Notes: generated from the sequence alone by a model not told the origin. A stretch of DNA of 40,000 nt from Methanosarcina sp. 2.H.T.1A.6 (GCF_000979455.1 NZ_JJOY01000052.1:1-40000), one strand, 5' to 3'. Positions 14,712 to 23,090 are shown, counted from the first letter of the stretch. Translations and numbers: made by a program.

Positions 14712-17384
14712 TCAAAAGAGAGAAATTAATTTCTTTACTTCTTTAGTTTTCATATTGATTTTCCCATCTTTTATTATCTTATCCTTTATCTTTTTTAAAG
14801 TGCTCCGGTATTTTATTCCAAATTCCCTAGCTTCTTTTGGGCTTATGTTTAAAATTTTTTGTTTAATCTCTTCCTCATTAATGAAAACTTGAGATTTGGT
14901 AACATCCAAAGGCTGATCCTCAATATTATTGGCTTCTTTCCCAATGTAAACTAACCCATCAGCTTGAATATGTCTTCTCTCTAAAACCCCAATATTCCCA
15001 TCAAACTTATTTTCAAGATGTTCAACATATTGTAAAATCGTCCTGCTCAATGATTTGAAATATTGAGATCCTTCCTTAACTTCTCCTTTTTCATAATCAA
15101 TGAATGGCTCATAAACTATCTTCTGATAGTCTTTAGTAAATGGAGCCAGAGGCTTGACAGCCTTATAATCTTCTTCAACTGCCTGGAATCCTACAAGGAA
15201 GAAGTTAAAAGGCTTAATCTGGTCTTTCCAGTTTTTCCCCTCATTCAGTTTCTTAAACCTGTTCAATACATTGGAAGTACTAACAGTAAGCCTAGAAATT
15301 GCATAAAGGTTAGAATATTTTTCTTCAATATCCCTTTCAGTAATCAGCCCATAATGAAGTTTCAGAATATCCTGCCAGATTTCAGCCTGCCAATCCTCAA
15401 CTGAATTAGGAAATGGGTTTGTTAAATGCCCAAGCCCATGAAGCTTGTAAGACCTTTCATCTTCCATGAATCTGATTTTTTCATTCTCATAGTAGTACAG
15501 AGCATACCTTTTAGAAGCAATTCCATAAAACCATAGATCCTTTTTCTCAGGCTTAAGCAATGGAATATCAATTTTATAGGGGTTAAGAGGCTGAAAGAAC
15601 TCTACAAGCTTCTGAGCCTTTTCAGGAGGCACAAACACAGAATCAGTATCCATGTAAGCGTGAATAGCTCCAAGTTCTTTTAACCTGGCTTCAGCCATTG
15701 TTAAGAAAAGCCTGGCTCCTGAAGTAATCATAACAGCCAGGAGAGGATGAAAATACTTGCCTGACTTCTCAAACCTGTTTTCCTTTGTAACAAAATTCTC
15801 AAGCCCATAAACCTGAAAATCACTTTTCTTATCTTCTGGGTTAAGCTCAATAAAGATTCCATAACTGAGGGCATTTACAAGAATTTTGATAGCCTGGGCT
15901 CTGCTTGATAGATGCTGATATTCAGGATCATTTTTATCGATCTTTTTCAATTCCTGCTTAATCCTCTGCCTCTCTTCTACAAGAACCTGAACAATATTAT
16001 CCTTTGATGGGTCAATATCAATTCCAAGAACCCTGTTTTTCCTTAACCCCTTCTGTACGCCTTCAGGAACAAATTTTATAGCCTCTATGATCTTTGGAAC
16101 CTTACCAGTAAGAAGGTATGAGCCTATAACATCCGGTAAAGAATACCACATCTCAGAGGCAGAACTCAGATAATTGATTCCTACGTTAAACCCTGTATTA
16201 TTCCCTTTATAATCCATTCTTACAGGCAAAATATCATTATCAGGCTGAATCTTGACCATAACAACAAGCTTTTTCCATGTATCCTGTTTCTGAAGGTCTG
16301 AAAGCTTCAGTTTTGAAATAAATATCTTTGTTTCTTCTGTAATGTCCTGAATTTCCAGGCTTTCAGCTATGATGTATTTCCAGAGGTTCATTAACATTGT
16401 AACTGTAGGGTACATGCTTGTAAAATCAAGAACTGTAACCTTTGTTGGCTCTTTCCTGATTTTACATTCTGTTCTTCCCCCATAATAAGAAGTCATCATG
16501 TTCCCGATAACTGAATCTGGAAAATCTGGATTCAGTTCTAGGAAAGGTTTAACCCCTAACTGCTCAAGAGCATATTTCCCAATGGAAGCCTCACTAAAGA
16601 TTTTTGTTATGGGTATATGGATCTGGTAAACGTCAAGCTCCTTAACAAGCTTTTCATACACAGCCTGAGTAGTTTCAACATCTTTTATCAGATAATCAAT
16701 ATACTTTTCAGTAACTTTTCCATGTTCAATTCCTTTCATTTTCTTAACAGGAGTATTGAGCCTTTCTGCGGCTTTTTCAAGGGAAATACGCCTTTCCTGA
16801 AGGAGAACTTCAGCCAACCTTTGAGTATCTAGGAAATAGCCTGAGAAATGACTCTCTCCCTTGTTCTGCTTGGTTGTGGTAAACTTAAAGTTGTTAGAGT
16901 ATCCAAGTTTTCGGATAATTATAGGAGGGTTGAAAGGATCATCTGAAAGAGTAAGAGTAAAGCCTCCTCTATTCCTTCCCCTTGAATCTCCTGATTTTTT
17001 GGCTATTCTGCTAAGGTCAAAAGCCAGGTTATACCCATTGCAGAGGGTCTTAAGTTCAAAGACTTCAGGATAAAACACATTGTCTATGAACTCATTCAGG
17101 GAATACAGGCTTATGTTATGCTTTTTGGAATAGGCTTCCAGTATCTTTATTTCTCTTTCATTCAGGATAGTTGGATCATAGAATAAACCATCATGCTGAA
17201 TAACTCCATCTTGGTAGATCTGGAAGTATCCTATCTTAAAATTCTGATACTGGTCTATAGTGGTTTCAGTATCAAAAACCAGTACTCTTGAATGCCTCAG
17301 AGGAGTATCATAAAGCCTAAAGCTCCTATACTCTCCTTTTTTCTCAAGTCTTTGAGTATATCCCCTGACTGCAACTTTAGACAT
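14712..17384 (-). CDS. polB: Family-B DNA polymerase (casposon Y), intact
   Basis: ExoI VLVFDTETT, ExoII NLAFDLSR, ExoIII YLIKDVETT, PolA LDFTSMYP, PolB KILVNALSYG, PolC YMDTDSVF. The start is set at MSKVAVRGY (as in copy X) rather than the upstream Met at 17411. Confidence 0.93.
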   Translation of the reverse strand: MSKVAVRGYTQRLEKKGEYRSFRLYDTPLRHSRVLVFDTETTIDQYQNFKIGYFQIYQDGVIQHDGLFYDPTILNEREIKILEAYSKKHNISLYSLNEFIDNVFYPEVFELKTLCNGYNLAFDLSRIAKKSGDSRGRNRGGFTLTLSDDPFNPPIIIRKLGYSNNFKFTTTKQNKGESHFSGYFLDTQRLAEVLLQERRISLEKAAERLNTPVKKMKGIEHGKVTEKYIDYLIKDVETTQAVYEKLVKELDVYQIHIPITKIFSEASIGKYALEQLGVKPFLELNPDFPDSVIGNMMTSYYGGRTECKIRKEPTKVTVLDFTSMYPTVTMLMNLWKYIIAESLEIQDITEETKIFISKLKLSDLQKQDTWKKLVVMVKIQPDNDILPVRMDYKGNNTGFNVGINYLSSASEMWYSLPDVIGSYLLTGKVPKIIEAIKFVPEGVQKGLRKNRVLGIDIDPSKDNIVQVLVEERQRIKQELKKIDKNDPEYQHLSSRAQAIKILVNALSYGIFIELNPEDKKSDFQVYGLENFVTKENRFEKSGKYFHPLLAVMITSGARLFLTMAEARLKELGAIHAYMDTDSVFVPPEKAQKLVEFFQPLNPYKIDIPLLKPEKKDLWFYGIASKRYALYYYENEKIRFMEDERSYKLHGLGHLTNPFPNSVEDWQAEIWQDILKLHYGLITERDIEEKYSNLYAISRLTVSTSNVLNRFKKLNEGKNWKDQIKPFNFFLVGFQAVEEDYKAVKPLAPFTKDYQKIVYEPFIDYEKGEVKEGSQYFKSLSRTILQYVEHLENKFDGNIGVLERRHIQADGLVYIGKEANNIEDQPLDVTKSQVFINEEEIKQKILNISPKEAREFGIKYRSTLKKIKDKIIKDGKINMKTKEVKKLISLF

Positions 17385-17709
17385 TTTGCACCATCTCATT
17401 TCCAAGATCAATTAGCTGAGTTCCTAATTCTTTCAGTAAAGCACCAATAGAAACTAACTGAAAGGCTCTCTTTTGTTCAGGAGAAGCGTTTTTAGACCTA
17501 ACTTTTGGGCTGAACTTATTCTGTTCCTTTGTTATCTTGGAATGGCAGTTTTTGCAGAGAGACTGAACCTTGTCTGAATTGCTCCTTCCATAGACATGAT
17601 GCATTTCAATAACTTCTGGATCATCTTCCCCACAGACAACACAGCAAAGAGAAGGGCTCCCATTTCTCTTCTGTTTGTTCAAACTTTTTTGATAAGTTTC
17701 CTTGTCCAT
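17377..17709 (-). CDS. HNH endonuclease (casposon core)
   Basis: CCVVCGEDDPEVIEMHHVYGRSNSDKVQSLCKNCHSKIT. It overlaps the polB start by 8 nt. Confidence 0.85.
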   Translation of the reverse strand: MDKETYQKSLNKQKRNGSPSLCCVVCGEDDPEVIEMHHVYGRSNSDKVQSLCKNCHSKITKEQNKFSPKVRSKNASPEQKRAFQLVSIGALLKELGTQLIDLGNEMVQNV

Positions 17710-17721
17710 AGTTTCACCCCC

Positions 17722-18360
17722 TTAGTGCTGATAAATTTCCAAAAACTCTGGCTCTTCCTGGGCTTCCAGGATCTCATAGAGCTTATCAAGGTCGGTTTCA
17801 AAGTGGTGGACTTTGCCTTCAGCATCCACTAGTTGAACATCTTTGAACTTGGCAAGAACTGAGGGATCATTGTTTTTTATTGCCTTCTGAACGCTGGCAA
17901 AATATTCTCCAATTAAAGACCTATCCTTAGAACTGGCTGTAACAATCGTTTTTTGTCCTTCTGTGGAATAGATCAGCATATTAACCTGGATAGAATCGGC
18001 TTTTGTAACCCTCCAGTTCCCTCCTGACTTGTACAGGTTCTTCCCAAGGTGTTTAACTGCAAATTCTGTCCTTTTGCCTATTTTTTCAAGCACAGAAGAA
18101 AGATTTTCACCTTTTCTCATTTCTCTTAAAATTTGGAAAGATAGATTTCTATCTCTCTTATCCTGGGCTGAAAGAGTTTTCCAGGCTGTCTGGCTTAGAT
18201 CAAAATCGCCTATCTTCGGATTTCTAAGCTGGCTGAGGCTTTTATCAGGGAAAAATTTGTGTTTCCTGATGATTTCTTTTGCATATTTTGTATTCCTAGG
18301 CTGAGCCTTGAGCCATTCTCCATAAGTTCTGTAGTCTTTGGAAAATCTTGGGCGGCTCAT
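17722..18360 (-). CDS. Conserved casposon core protein of unknown function (ORF212)
   Basis: 212-aa ORF translationally coupled to the upstream RHH gene (ATGA overlap). A homolog lies at 7427-8065. No motif is recognised. Confidence 0.75.
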   Translation of the reverse strand: MSRPRFSKDYRTYGEWLKAQPRNTKYAKEIIRKHKFFPDKSLSQLRNPKIGDFDLSQTAWKTLSAQDKRDRNLSFQILREMRKGENLSSVLEKIGKRTEFAVKHLGKNLYKSGGNWRVTKADSIQVNMLIYSTEGQKTIVTASSKDRSLIGEYFASVQKAIKNNDPSVLAKFKDVQLVDAEGKVHHFETDLDKLYEILEAQEEPEFLEIYQH

Positions 18361-18497
18361 CTGTCAGCCTCCATTATTCTGATAAAAGCTGTTCTCATAA
18401 CTTCAGCCTGAGAGCATCCGTATTCTTCTGCTTTCTGTTCCAGTTTCTCCTTAAGGTAAGGAGATAATGTTATCAAAACTCTGTCTTTTGTGGTCAT
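18357..18497 (-). CDS. Ribbon-helix-helix (CopG/Arc-like) protein, 46 aa
   Basis: My own translation gives MTTKDRVLITLSPYLKEKLEQKAEEYGCSQAEVMRTAFIRIMEADR, homologous to 8062-8211. Confidence 0.7.
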   Translation of the reverse strand: MTTKDRVLITLSPYLKEKLEQKAEEYGCSQAEVMRTAFIRIMEADR

Positions 18498-18600
18498 GTA
18501 GCTCACAAAGAACAGTATGCTCAGATCTTACTTATGTACAGAATTGAGTATAACTTTAAGTATAAGTTTGATGTATATTTTATATATACTTGGGATTAAT

Positions 18601-19485
18601 ATGAAGAAGAAAGAGTATGACTTTGACACAGAAATAAAGAATTATCTTGTCCAAAAAGGGTATGCAAGAAGGCGGCAACTCATAGAAGACCTAATGAAAG
18701 CACACAAAAATGAAAGAGGATATAGCCTCAAGAGTATAAACCGCAAACTGGACAATTTGATTAATCAAGGAATAATTATAAGTCTCAAATACTCCGATTT
18801 TGAAAAATTAGGAATAGAAGATGCTGATAAAAGAGCCAGTTACCTAACCTTAAAAAATATATCCAAAATAAAGGAGCATATGGATAAGATTTTAGAAAGG
18901 CTCGCTTCAAAAGAACCCACGAAGCAAAAAATGGCTTTAAAAGAGATTGCCCTTTATGAGCAAGTATATGTTTTAACTCCTGAACAGTTGGATTTAGTGG
19001 TAAAGCAATTTGATAAGGGTATTGATAAGGAAACTATAGATGATGACCTTGCTAATACGCTATTACTTTTATTATACACATATATTTTGAAAAAAGGTAT
19101 CGAACCAGCTAATAAAATAAAAACAATCGACCTGTTAGTAAAACTGCTAGATAAGTATCCTGCTCCTGTTCCAAGGCAAGTAAATCTAAGAACGCACATC
19201 ATTTATCTTCTTGGGCATTATGGGCATAAAGCTGTAATTGAAAGGTTTATAAAAGATGCAAGAACCTTACAAGATTTTTCACCCATAGAAAACGTTTACA
19301 GTACCGAATACACAGCTAATCTTATTGAAGAACATAGAGAAGAACTTTACAAACTGCAAGAAGATTTAGCAATAGAAGGAAAAGAGAATGCTTCTCAGTT
19401 TGTTTCCAATATCAGAAGTGATGTTCTAATTTCTTTGGGCTTGCGTAAAAACCCTTTTGCTAAAAAGGAGGATGATTCTTGGTGA
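18601..19485 (+). CDS. Winged-helix protein with helical-repeat C-terminus (casposon core)
   Basis: Homolog of 8313-9203. The start is set at MKKKEYDFDTE, and the stop overlaps the cas1 start. Confidence 0.7.
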   Translation: MKKKEYDFDTEIKNYLVQKGYARRRQLIEDLMKAHKNERGYSLKSINRKLDNLINQGIIISLKYSDFEKLGIEDADKRASYLTLKNISKIKEHMDKILERLASKEPTKQKMALKEIALYEQVYVLTPEQLDLVVKQFDKGIDKETIDDDLANTLLLLLYTYILKKGIEPANKIKTIDLLVKLLDKYPAPVPRQVNLRTHIIYLLGHYGHKAVIERFIKDARTLQDFSPIENVYSTEYTANLIEEHREELYKLQEDLAIEGKENASQFVSNIRSDVLISLGLRKNPFAKKEDDSW

Positions 19486-20699
19486 AACTTCTTCTTCTGA
19501 ATGGTCACGGCATAAATATGCATGTTGATGGAGCCAGGCTCCATATTAAAGATGGAAGATTTTCAACTACTGAAGAGCCTCAAGAATACATATTTTCTCC
19601 GAAAAGGATTGATATTGACGGCATTATCATATATGGAAAGAGTGGGAACCTTACCTTAGAGGCTGTTAGATGGCTTATTAAACATAATGTTCAGGTTTCT
19701 ATTTTAGATTGGAATGGCAAGCTCTTAACCACAATGCTTCCTCCTGAAAGTACCAATGTAAAAACAAAGTTTTCTCAGTATCATGCTTTTGAGGATAAGG
19801 AAGTAAGGCTTGAGATAGCAAAGAAGTTCATTGAAGCCAAATTTTACAAATCTAAGGCTGTTCTTGATTTCCTGAGCCAAAGGTATCCTGAAATTAAGTT
19901 TGATATTTCGGATGGACTCACAAAACTAAAAGATGTAAAAAGCACTAGGGAAATTTTGGGAGTAGAGGGAACCTTAGCCGGTAAATACTGGACTGAGTTT
20001 TCAAAGGCTGTTCCAAAGGAATACGATTTCTGTAACAGAATAGACCAGTACAGCCGATCTATGAATTCTGGAGATATGGTAAACACCATGCTCAATTATG
20101 GTTATTCTTTGCTTGAGGCTGAATGTTTGAGAGCCATAAATACTGTAGGGTTAGATCCTCATGTAGGGTTTTTACATGAAATGACACCAAGCAAGAACAG
20201 TTTAGCCTATGATCTTCAGGAGCCTTTCAGATTTCTTGTAGATCTGGCAGTAATCAGCCTGGTTGAAAGTGGGGCTATGGAAAGTAAGGATTTCATAAGG
20301 ACAGAAAATTACAATCTCAGGTTAAAGCCTAGTGGAGCCAAAAAGGTTGTTAATGAGTTTACCAATATGCTGAATAAAAAGGTAAGCTACCAGGGAAAAG
20401 AAAGCACATGGAGTTATGTTATCTTTCTGAAGGTTAGAGAATTAGCCCATTATCTTACTAGCAAAAAAGAAAAACTGGATTTTGTTAAGCCTGAATATGA
20501 AATTGAGAGAATTGATTCTTATGATATAAGGCAAAAGATTCTCAATATTTCTTATGTTGATTGGAAGAAATTAGGGTTTTCTAAAGGTACATTGCATTAT
20601 ATGAAACAGAACGCCAAGAGCGATAAGCCATTTACTCTTAATGCTCACGTTCTGGAAAGGGTAAATAAGTGGGAAGCATTGGTTTCAAGTCAAAGGTAA
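19479..20699 (+). CDS. cas1: Cas1-family casposase (solo Cas1)
   Basis: 406 aa with NYGYSLLEAECLRAIN, HVGFLHEM and AYDLQEPFRFLVD. AGGAGGA precedes a TTG/GTG start. Confidence 0.93.
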   Translation: MVKLLLLNGHGINMHVDGARLHIKDGRFSTTEEPQEYIFSPKRIDIDGIIIYGKSGNLTLEAVRWLIKHNVQVSILDWNGKLLTTMLPPESTNVKTKFSQYHAFEDKEVRLEIAKKFIEAKFYKSKAVLDFLSQRYPEIKFDISDGLTKLKDVKSTREILGVEGTLAGKYWTEFSKAVPKEYDFCNRIDQYSRSMNSGDMVNTMLNYGYSLLEAECLRAINTVGLDPHVGFLHEMTPSKNSLAYDLQEPFRFLVDLAVISLVESGAMESKDFIRTENYNLRLKPSGAKKVVNEFTNMLNKKVSYQGKESTWSYVIFLKVRELAHYLTSKKEKLDFVKPEYEIERIDSYDIRQKILNISYVDWKKLGFSKGTLHYMKQNAKSDKPFTLNAHVLERVNKWEALVSSQR

Positions 20700-20730
20700 A
20701 ATGTGTATGTTTTTACTGTAAAATGTAAAA

Positions 20731-20875
20731 ATGTAAAATTTACAGTAAAATAGTAAAAATGCATCAAGAGAAGTTGTAAAATTTACAGTAAAATAGTAAA
20801 ACAGTATCAAGAGAAAGTGTAAAATTTACAGTAAAATTGTAAAACGATAAAAAGAGCAATTGTAAAAAAGTAACG
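20731..20875. repeat. 43-bp tandem repeat, about 3.4 copies, filling the cas1-RT intergenic space (iteron-like)
   Basis: Units at 20731-20773, 20774-20816 and 20817-20859, with a partial unit from 20860. The unit is the same family as 10449-10595 (TGTAAAATTTACAGTAAAATAGTAAAAC...ATCAAGAGAA). Confidence 0.9.
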
Positions 20876-20876
20876 A

Positions 20877-22385
20877 TTAACTATGTGAAGCAGAAGGTCT
20901 TTTAGATGCATCAATTAAAACTGATTCAATTTTAAATTTCCCACATTCATTTATTTTTTTAATTGTTTCTTCTAAATATTTAAGCATCTGGGTCTTGTTT
21001 TGATTTGTTGGTCTTTTAAAGTACTCTTCTTTTTCATCTTTAAACCACATGACCAAAAATAAACCTGATTTGGAAGGACTTGCTTTCAAATATAATGGTA
21101 ATTGTTTAGTTAGACCATGTTCCAACTCTTCATTATGTGCCAATTTAAACTCTGCACAAACATTTACAGGAATGTTACCTTTTATTGTAACCAGGAATTT
21201 GAAGTCAAGTTTTCCGATTCCTTCATCTGTTTCTCTTAAAACATGTATCCCAAAAGGTAGTAAATTTCGACAAAAGAAAATATGAATTGTAGGTTGAATT
21301 TTTGATTCTTTTTTGGGAACAGCTGGTATCTTATACTTTTTTCCATCCATCTCTACCTCACGAGCCTCATCCCAAAATGGTTCAGTCCATCTTCGATCCT
21401 CTATATAGTGTTTCAATTCTGTAATGGTAGTAGCTATGGCTTTTAAAAAATCACTTTCTGACTCAATAATATTATTCGCATCAACTGGATGGAAATAATG
21501 TTTTTTCTCAAGAGATCTTACAATAAGTTCGCTGTCTCTTGAATTTTTTAGATTTTCATCATAACTTAGCCAATTAAAACCTTTAAGTTTCTCTATTAAC
21601 GGATTTGCAAAGTCAGGGTCTACCATTTTAGCAAATGCCAGTTCACCACAAATCTTTTCTTTGAAAAATGGATCCTTCTCTCTATTCTCTGTTTCAGCTC
21701 CATTTTTCTGAATATTATGCACTATTGCTCTTAGAATTTTCTTCTTGCGCCTACCAATACTTACCTTGTCATTAACAACCAAGCCGGTTACTTTTTGCTG
21801 TGAACCTCTTGAAAGTACCCTAGTTTTTTCTTCATTGATAACAAAGCCATTTCTTTCAATAATTTCTATTATTTTTTGCTTGTGCATTGGAAGTTTATAG
21901 GAACCTGAAATCGTGATGTCGTCCGCATATCTTGAATATCGAAAATTTCTTCTTGTACAATAATTGTCGATTTCATAGTCAAGGTCTACAGTAGATAGGT
22001 TAGCGAGCATTGGACTAGTTGGTGCCCCTTGAGGTAATTTCCAATGATATGTGCATAAATCAGAAAGCGACCACGCAATTTTTTTGGTATATCCAGCGGA
22101 CTTAAAGATATAGTAGACAGATCTAAAACTTATACTTGGGAAATAATCCTTTATATCAATCCCTAAAACTAGATCTTGACCAACGTGAATCGAAGCATTT
22201 GTCAAAATTGATCTGTCTGGAATAAAACCATGAGCTAAATTTCCAGCATTCAATTTATACAAAATATTATTTAGAATCCATCTTTGAATATTCTTCATTT
22301 TTTTTGATGGAGCGTTGATTTCTCTTAAACCACCATTTTTTTTAGGTATTTTAAATGTAGAATAAGCCTTCTCTTTATTTGACAA
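20877..22385 (-). CDS. Retron-type reverse transcriptase fused to a C-terminal RecB/Cas4-like PD-(D/E)xK nuclease-like domain (the frame stays open upstream to 22595)
   Basis: RT motifs ILTNASIHVG (NAxxH), LPQGAPTSPMLANL, YSRYADDITIS and SQQKVTGLVVNDK (VTG) closely parallel my recollection of retron RTs such as Ec86. The C-terminal ~230 aa has GKLDFKF (D), CAEFKLA (ExK) and KQLPLYL (QxxxY). The listed start is a TTG. Confidence 0.85.
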   Translation of the reverse strand: MSNKEKAYSTFKIPKKNGGLREINAPSKKMKNIQRWILNNILYKLNAGNLAHGFIPDRSILTNASIHVGQDLVLGIDIKDYFPSISFRSVYYIFKSAGYTKKIAWSLSDLCTYHWKLPQGAPTSPMLANLSTVDLDYEIDNYCTRRNFRYSRYADDITISGSYKLPMHKQKIIEIIERNGFVINEEKTRVLSRGSQQKVTGLVVNDKVSIGRRKKKILRAIVHNIQKNGAETENREKDPFFKEKICGELAFAKMVDPDFANPLIEKLKGFNWLSYDENLKNSRDSELIVRSLEKKHYFHPVDANNIIESESDFLKAIATTITELKHYIEDRRWTEPFWDEAREVEMDGKKYKIPAVPKKESKIQPTIHIFFCRNLLPFGIHVLRETDEGIGKLDFKFLVTIKGNIPVNVCAEFKLAHNEELEHGLTKQLPLYLKASPSKSGLFLVMWFKDEKEEYFKRPTNQNKTQMLKYLEETIKKINECGKFKIESVLIDASKRPSASHS

Positions 22386-22595
22386 AAAAAGTCTAATTTG
22401 TTTTGATGAGGAATTTGATAAGTTACAAAAATGATCAATATCATATATATAAGGTAATTTTTTGGACTTTAAATTTTTGAAAGATTTAAAATTTTCGTCA
22501 TATTCTTCTTTGCTTAGTTCTGGAATAATACCTTCTTCAAAATAATTATCAAATAAAATTTTTAACTTTTCATTTTTTGTTAATTTGTTTATTAC

Positions 22596-22892
22596 TTATC
22601 CCACCGAATATGACTTAAAATTCAGTTAATAGTATGGATAGTTGCCCTCACAAAATCGCTTGCGATTTTATGGTGCATGAAGTTCGTGAAGTTCATGCAC
22701 TTTTCGGTCAAGTTTACCTTTGCCTTAGTATGACATTTGCATGGCGTAACACCACACATATCTCCCTGACGAGAGATAATTCAGATCTGAGAGCAACTAA
22801 TTGTAGTAAGACAACTTATTATAAATATTGTACTAAATTGATCTTAAAGAATTTCATTTTTTCAAATGACCATTATAAAAATAGAAATTAAT
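22596..22892 (-). ncRNA. Candidate retron non-coding RNA (msr/msd) region upstream of the RT
   Basis: About 300 bp with no convincing ORF lies between the RT frame and the inner TIR. It contains stable hairpins at 22652-22669 (7-bp stem), 22673-22700 (9-bp stem) and 22759-22778 (6-bp stem), plus a 10-nt palindrome at 22781-22790. No a1/a2 repeats or branching G could be identified by eye. Confidence 0.3.
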
Positions 22893-22975
22893 TTTGGTTA
22901 GGGCAAATTTTCAAAATTAACGGTTGTGCATAATCGCTACAAAACAGTGTACACTTTTTTAACCTTTTATATAGT
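22893..22975. repeat. Inner TIR-like module at the right end of Y (X/W-type TIR lacking the terminal TACCTATATCCC tip)
   Basis: ...GGTTAGGGCAAATTTTCAAAATTAACGGTTGTGCATAATCGCTACAAAACAGTGTACACTTTTTTAACC resembles 13226-13288 and is inverted relative to 13426-13491. Confidence 0.6.
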
Positions 22976-23006
22976 TAGCATTATAAAATGTGATTTTAGA
23001 CTAGGG

Positions 23007-23076
23007 CAACTTTAAGAAAAACAGTGCTGTTAGAATTTTCCTGTAGCGTACACTTTTTTGAAGATACCTATATCCC
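23007..23076. repeat. Right terminal inverted repeat of casposon Y (outer)
   Basis: CAACTTTAAGAAAAACAGTGCTGTTAGAATTTTCCTGTAGCGTACACTTTTTTGAAGATACCTATATCCC is the reverse complement of 13315-13385. Confidence 0.85.
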
Positions 23077-23090
23077 ATAACTTTAGTGCG
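23077..23090. repeat. Target-site duplication of casposon Y, right copy (ATAACTTTAGTGCG), overlapping the 3' end of the tRNA-Leu-like sequence
   Basis: Identical to 13301-13314. Its last 4 nt (TGCG) are the complement of the tRNA 3' terminus ...CGCA. Confidence 0.85.

Larger units (their letters stand above)
13315..23076 (-). mobile_element. Casposon Y (family-2-like organisation), apparently intact, flanked by a perfect 14-bp TSD
   Basis: ~70-bp TIRs and a 14-bp TSD. The core genes are intact: polB, HNH, ORF212, RHH, wHTH and cas1, followed by 43-bp repeats. Cargo genes (RES-domain protein, retron-type RT) lie at the two ends, and the right end abuts a tRNA-Leu-like sequence. Confidence 0.9.

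Noticed and set aside
17385-17411. Longer polB N-terminus (MILEMRWCKM...) in copy Y
   Set aside because: Copy X starts at the equivalent of MSKVAVRGY, and the extension would lie deep inside the HNH gene. The 8-nt overlap start is conserved in both copies.
19479-22385. Cas1 plus RT as an RT-Cas1 style RNA spacer-acquisition module
   Set aside because: The two genes are convergent, separate and divided by the tandem repeats. The RT is retron-type rather than the group-II-like type I associate with CRISPR loci. Casposon X has the same cas1 without any RT. The adjacency is best explained as cargo.
22634-22891. 85-aa plus-strand ORF upstream of the RT
   Set aside because: It is on the opposite strand to all neighbouring genes, has Cys/Thr/Asn-rich odd composition, and spans the hairpins interpreted as ncRNA. 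It cannot be fully excluded as a small effector, but there is no supporting motif.
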